Below the pieces are notes generated by a model. It was not told the DNA's origin. It saw only the letters and a program-made list of their open reading frames with translations, and did no database searches. A program made the translations under genes and the position numbers. DNA of 64,000 nucleotides from the NCBI GenBank assembly GCA_963835575.1, contig CAWIGG010000003.1, positions 256,001-320,000 of the forward strand, written 5' to 3'. This document shows positions 61,359-64,000 of this stretch, piece after piece. Position 1 is the first letter of the stretch; the number at the start of each line of letters is the position of its first letter. The DNA is from an uncultured Spirochaetota bacterium. GTDB lineage: Bacteria > Spirochaetota > Brevinematia > Brevinematales > JAOACQ01.

Positions 61359-62804
61359 TTATAGAGTTTTGAAAGCATCCTCTATATCCTCTATCAAATC
61401 TTCCCTATCCTCTATACCGGCCGATAACCGGAGCATATTTTCCGGAACTCCCAATTCTTTTTTTGTTTCAGGTGGAAACTCGCAATAAATCGTTGATGAC
61501 GGGTGGATTATCAATGATTTATTATCATTGATATTGGTCGCCCGGCGAATTATTTTAAGGTTATTCATAAACCGGAAGCATTTTTCTTTCGATTCCAGTT
61601 CAAACGTAAGAATACCGCCGAACTGGCCGTTAAAAAACTTCTTCGCATAAGCATGATAGGGGCTTCTTTCAAGTCCCGGATAATTCACCCGCTTCACTTC
61701 CGGATGATTATGTAAGTATAATGCCAGGTCCATCGCGTTTTGAGAACTTCTGTCCATCCTGAGAGCGATGGTTTCAAGGCCGAGAGTGTGTAGATACGCA
61801 TTCTGGGCGGACATGCATGCTCCAAGATTGCGGTAAACTTCCCTGCGGAGTTTCATTAAAAAAGTAGATTGACCAAATTTTTTATAATCATTCTGAAGCT
61901 TTTCAATTTTACTCCAGTTGAAGTTCCCATAGTCAATAATAATTCCCCCCACCGACGTGGCTCCTCCCGACATATACTTTGTTGAGGATATCACGTCAAT
62001 ATTCACACCGTAATCCTTTGAATGGAACAGGTAAGGCGTGCTGGCCGTGTTATCCGCTATGAGAAGAATCCCATGTTTTTCCGCGGTCCTGCCCAAAGCT
62101 TCAATATCAAAAACCGCAAGCTGGGGATTGGTTATGGTTTCGATAAATATTGCCCTTGTTGTTTCATCTATTGATCTTTCAACCTCCTCCGGTTTATGGA
62201 AATCGGCATATTTAACTTTCAGGCCCCAGGGCTTCAGTGTATTTTCCATAAGTGAATAAGTATTACCGAAGATGTATTTAGAGGTTAAAATCGTATCATT
62301 AGTTTGAGCTAAAGCAAGGATCGTATTGGCAATCGCCGCCATACCGGAAGAAAGCGCGATAGATCCGAAGCCGCCGGCTAAAAAATTGATCTTCTGTTCA
62401 AATTCAGCAACTGTCGGGTTGGAAATCCTCGAATAGGAATGGGCTGATTTCTTACCCAAAAAAGCGTTTTCAATATCTTCGGCGTTTTCAAACTCAAAAG
62501 CGGCGCAATCATAAATCGGTGTTCTTAAGGCTTTGTGTGCATCATTATTTTTATTAGGCCCATGGATAGCCTTTGTCATAAATCCTTTTATTTTAAAATC
62601 ACCTCCACCCATGAAATAGAGAATATCGATTATATCGTTCTCTTTCAAATAAGTGTCGATAAACCTTTCTTTTTCGATATAAGCACCATTCAACTGAACC
62701 GAAACCATATCCGGCGATTCTACTTTCCGGATCCGGATAACTTCAGCTATACTGAGATTACTGCTTTCAAAGCTTTGACGTTCTCCATTAATAATAATAT
62801 TCAT
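61359..62804 (-). CDS. ThiS-like sulfur carrier fused to O-acetylhomoserine sulfhydrylase (MetY/MetZ-like PLP enzyme)
   Basis: N-terminal beta-grasp ending FMGGG, then YSRISNPT, SSGMAAI, SSTK, LRLSAGIE in one frame. Confidence 0.9.
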   Translation of the reverse strand: MNIIINGERQSFESSNLSIAEVIRIRKVESPDMVSVQLNGAYIEKERFIDTYLKENDIIDILYFMGGGDFKIKGFMTKAIHGPNKNNDAHKALRTPIYDCAAFEFENAEDIENAFLGKKSAHSYSRISNPTVAEFEQKINFLAGGFGSIALSSGMAAIANTILALAQTNDTILTSKYIFGNTYSLMENTLKPWGLKVKYADFHKPEEVERSIDETTRAIFIETITNPQLAVFDIEALGRTAEKHGILLIADNTASTPYLFHSKDYGVNIDVISSTKYMSGGATSVGGIIIDYGNFNWSKIEKLQNDYKKFGQSTFLMKLRREVYRNLGACMSAQNAYLHTLGLETIALRMDRSSQNAMDLALYLHNHPEVKRVNYPGLERSPYHAYAKKFFNGQFGGILTFELESKEKCFRFMNNLKIIRRATNINDNKSLIIHPSSTIYCEFPPETKKELGVPENMLRLSAGIEDREDLIEDIEDAFKTL

Positions 62805-62977
62805 AACAACTCCTTTATATCATACTATTCCTATCTATTTAGTATGAAATATTATAGAAAATCATTTTATTTTTGTCAATAATAGACATACAATTATTTA
62901 TTTGCTGAATATCAGGGAAGTTGACTATTTAATTTTATGATGATATTATAGGATTAATATATTAACCAGGAATATCC

Positions 62978-64000
62978 ATGCTCAGAATAATATCAAGAAG
63001 ATCATCTCTTGCCCTGAAACAGGTTGAAGAAGTATTTTCTCTATTAGGCAAAAAAGAATACCGTCTCATCACACTGGAAACATACGGTGACAGGCATAAA
63101 GAAATATCGCTTCTTGAAAACACCATGCAGGACATTTTTACACACGAACTGGATGAAGCATTACTTAAAGATAAAGCGGATGCGGCTATCCATTCCGCAA
63201 AGGATTTACCATATCCGCTGCCGGAAGGATTGGAAATTGTCGCGCTGACAGAGCCTCTTGACAACACGGATTCTCTTGTCAGTTTTAATCATAAAAAACT
63301 GAGGGAATTACCGGATGGAACGGTTCTCGGGGTGAGTTCCCCGATAAGAAAAAAATATATAAAGCAGGTCCGTCCTGACATTAAAACCGTCAGCATTCGC
63401 GGGACAATTGAAGAGAGGCTTCATTTAATAGAAGAAGGATTGATCGGCGGTACTATCGTCGCCACATGTGCCCTTATCCGGCTTGGGTTGAAAGAAAGGA
63501 TCGCCGAGATATTACCTTATAAAACCCATCCCCTGCAGGGTTCACTTGCCGTAACTGCCCGCCGGAATAGAGCGGACATGAAAGTGCTCTTCAGTAAAAT
63601 TGACCGGCGCAGGAAGCTTGGTAAAGTTTACCTGGTCGGCGCAGGACCGGGCGATCCTGAACTGCTGACGGTGAAGGCCGATAAGATATTAAAGCAGTCC
63701 GATGTTATCGTGTATGATGACCTGACCGGCGGAGAAATAATTTCGCAGTATAAAGGGGAAAAAATATACGCCGGCAAACGGAAGGGGAGCCATTCAATGG
63801 AACAGGACGAAATCAATGAGCTTCTCTATCAATTTGCTTTGAGCGGTAAGGACACGGTCCGGCTTAAAGGCGGAGATCCGTTGATTTTCGGCAGAGGCGG
63901 CGAAGAACTAAGTTACCTAGGAGCAAGGCTTATCAATACGGAGGTGGTCCCGGGCATCACGGCTGGCCTTTCAGCCGCAGCCAGCGCAAAAATACCCCTC
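62978..64000 (+). CDS. HemC-CobA fusion (hydroxymethylbilane synthase plus uroporphyrinogen-III methyltransferase), runs off the window
   Basis: Manual translation: SRRSSLALKQ, HSAKDLP, HPLQGSLA, then VYLVGAGPGDPELLT, RLKGGDP, FGRGGEE. Confidence 0.9.
   Translation, partial: MLRIISRRSSLALKQVEEVFSLLGKKEYRLITLETYGDRHKEISLLENTMQDIFTHELDEALLKDKADAAIHSAKDLPYPLPEGLEIVALTEPLDNTDSLVSFNHKKLRELPDGTVLGVSSPIRKKYIKQVRPDIKTVSIRGTIEERLHLIEEGLIGGTIVATCALIRLGLKERIAEILPYKTHPLQGSLAVTARRNRADMKVLFSKIDRRRKLGKVYLVGAGPGDPELLTVKADKILKQSDVIVYDDLTGGEIISQYKGEKIYAGKRKGSHSMEQDEINELLYQFALSGKDTVRLKGGDPLIFGRGGEELSYLGARLINTEVVPGITAGLSAAASAKIPL

Noticed and set aside
1..64000. CRISPR array, tRNA, rRNA, reverse transcriptase
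   Set aside because: No repeat-spacer periodicity, cloverleaf, rRNA-like sequence or RT motif was recognised by eye

Overview
Bacterial window, possibly from a spirochaete (inferred from the HATPase-HDOD, REC-PilZ and Treponema-style FGE proteins). It has two parts. 1-48.4 kb is an AT-rich, heavily rearranged accessory region. It holds three near-identical IS256 copies, two IS1380 elements, an IS5 element, and about a dozen Tn3-family 38-bp terminal inverted repeats (IRs) and MITEs with no tnpA. It also holds four copies of a short FimB/TnpI-like tyrosine recombinase linked to small capped ankyrin-repeat genes, an FGE-sulfatase gene that looks like a DGR target, groEL-groES in reversed order, an AbiE type IV toxin-antitoxin pair, two large glycoside-hydrolase-like lipoproteins, a two-component/uppP/TolC/RND cluster and a c-di-GMP (GGDEF-EAL, PilZ) cluster. 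48.6-64 kb is a higher-GC operon for sulfate assimilation and siroheme synthesis. It encodes the protein-thiocarboxylate route to homocysteine (ThiS fused to MetY, ThiF, DsrE, TusA, JAMM protease, Sir, CysH, CysD, CysN/C) and a divergent hemC-cobA fusion. Four IS insertions with intact target-site duplications (TSDs) split genes that can be rejoined in frame. The best novelty candidates are the recombinase/Tn3-IR/ankyrin array, the orphan DGR-like target and the ubiquitin-style ThiS-MetY fusion next to a JAMM protease.
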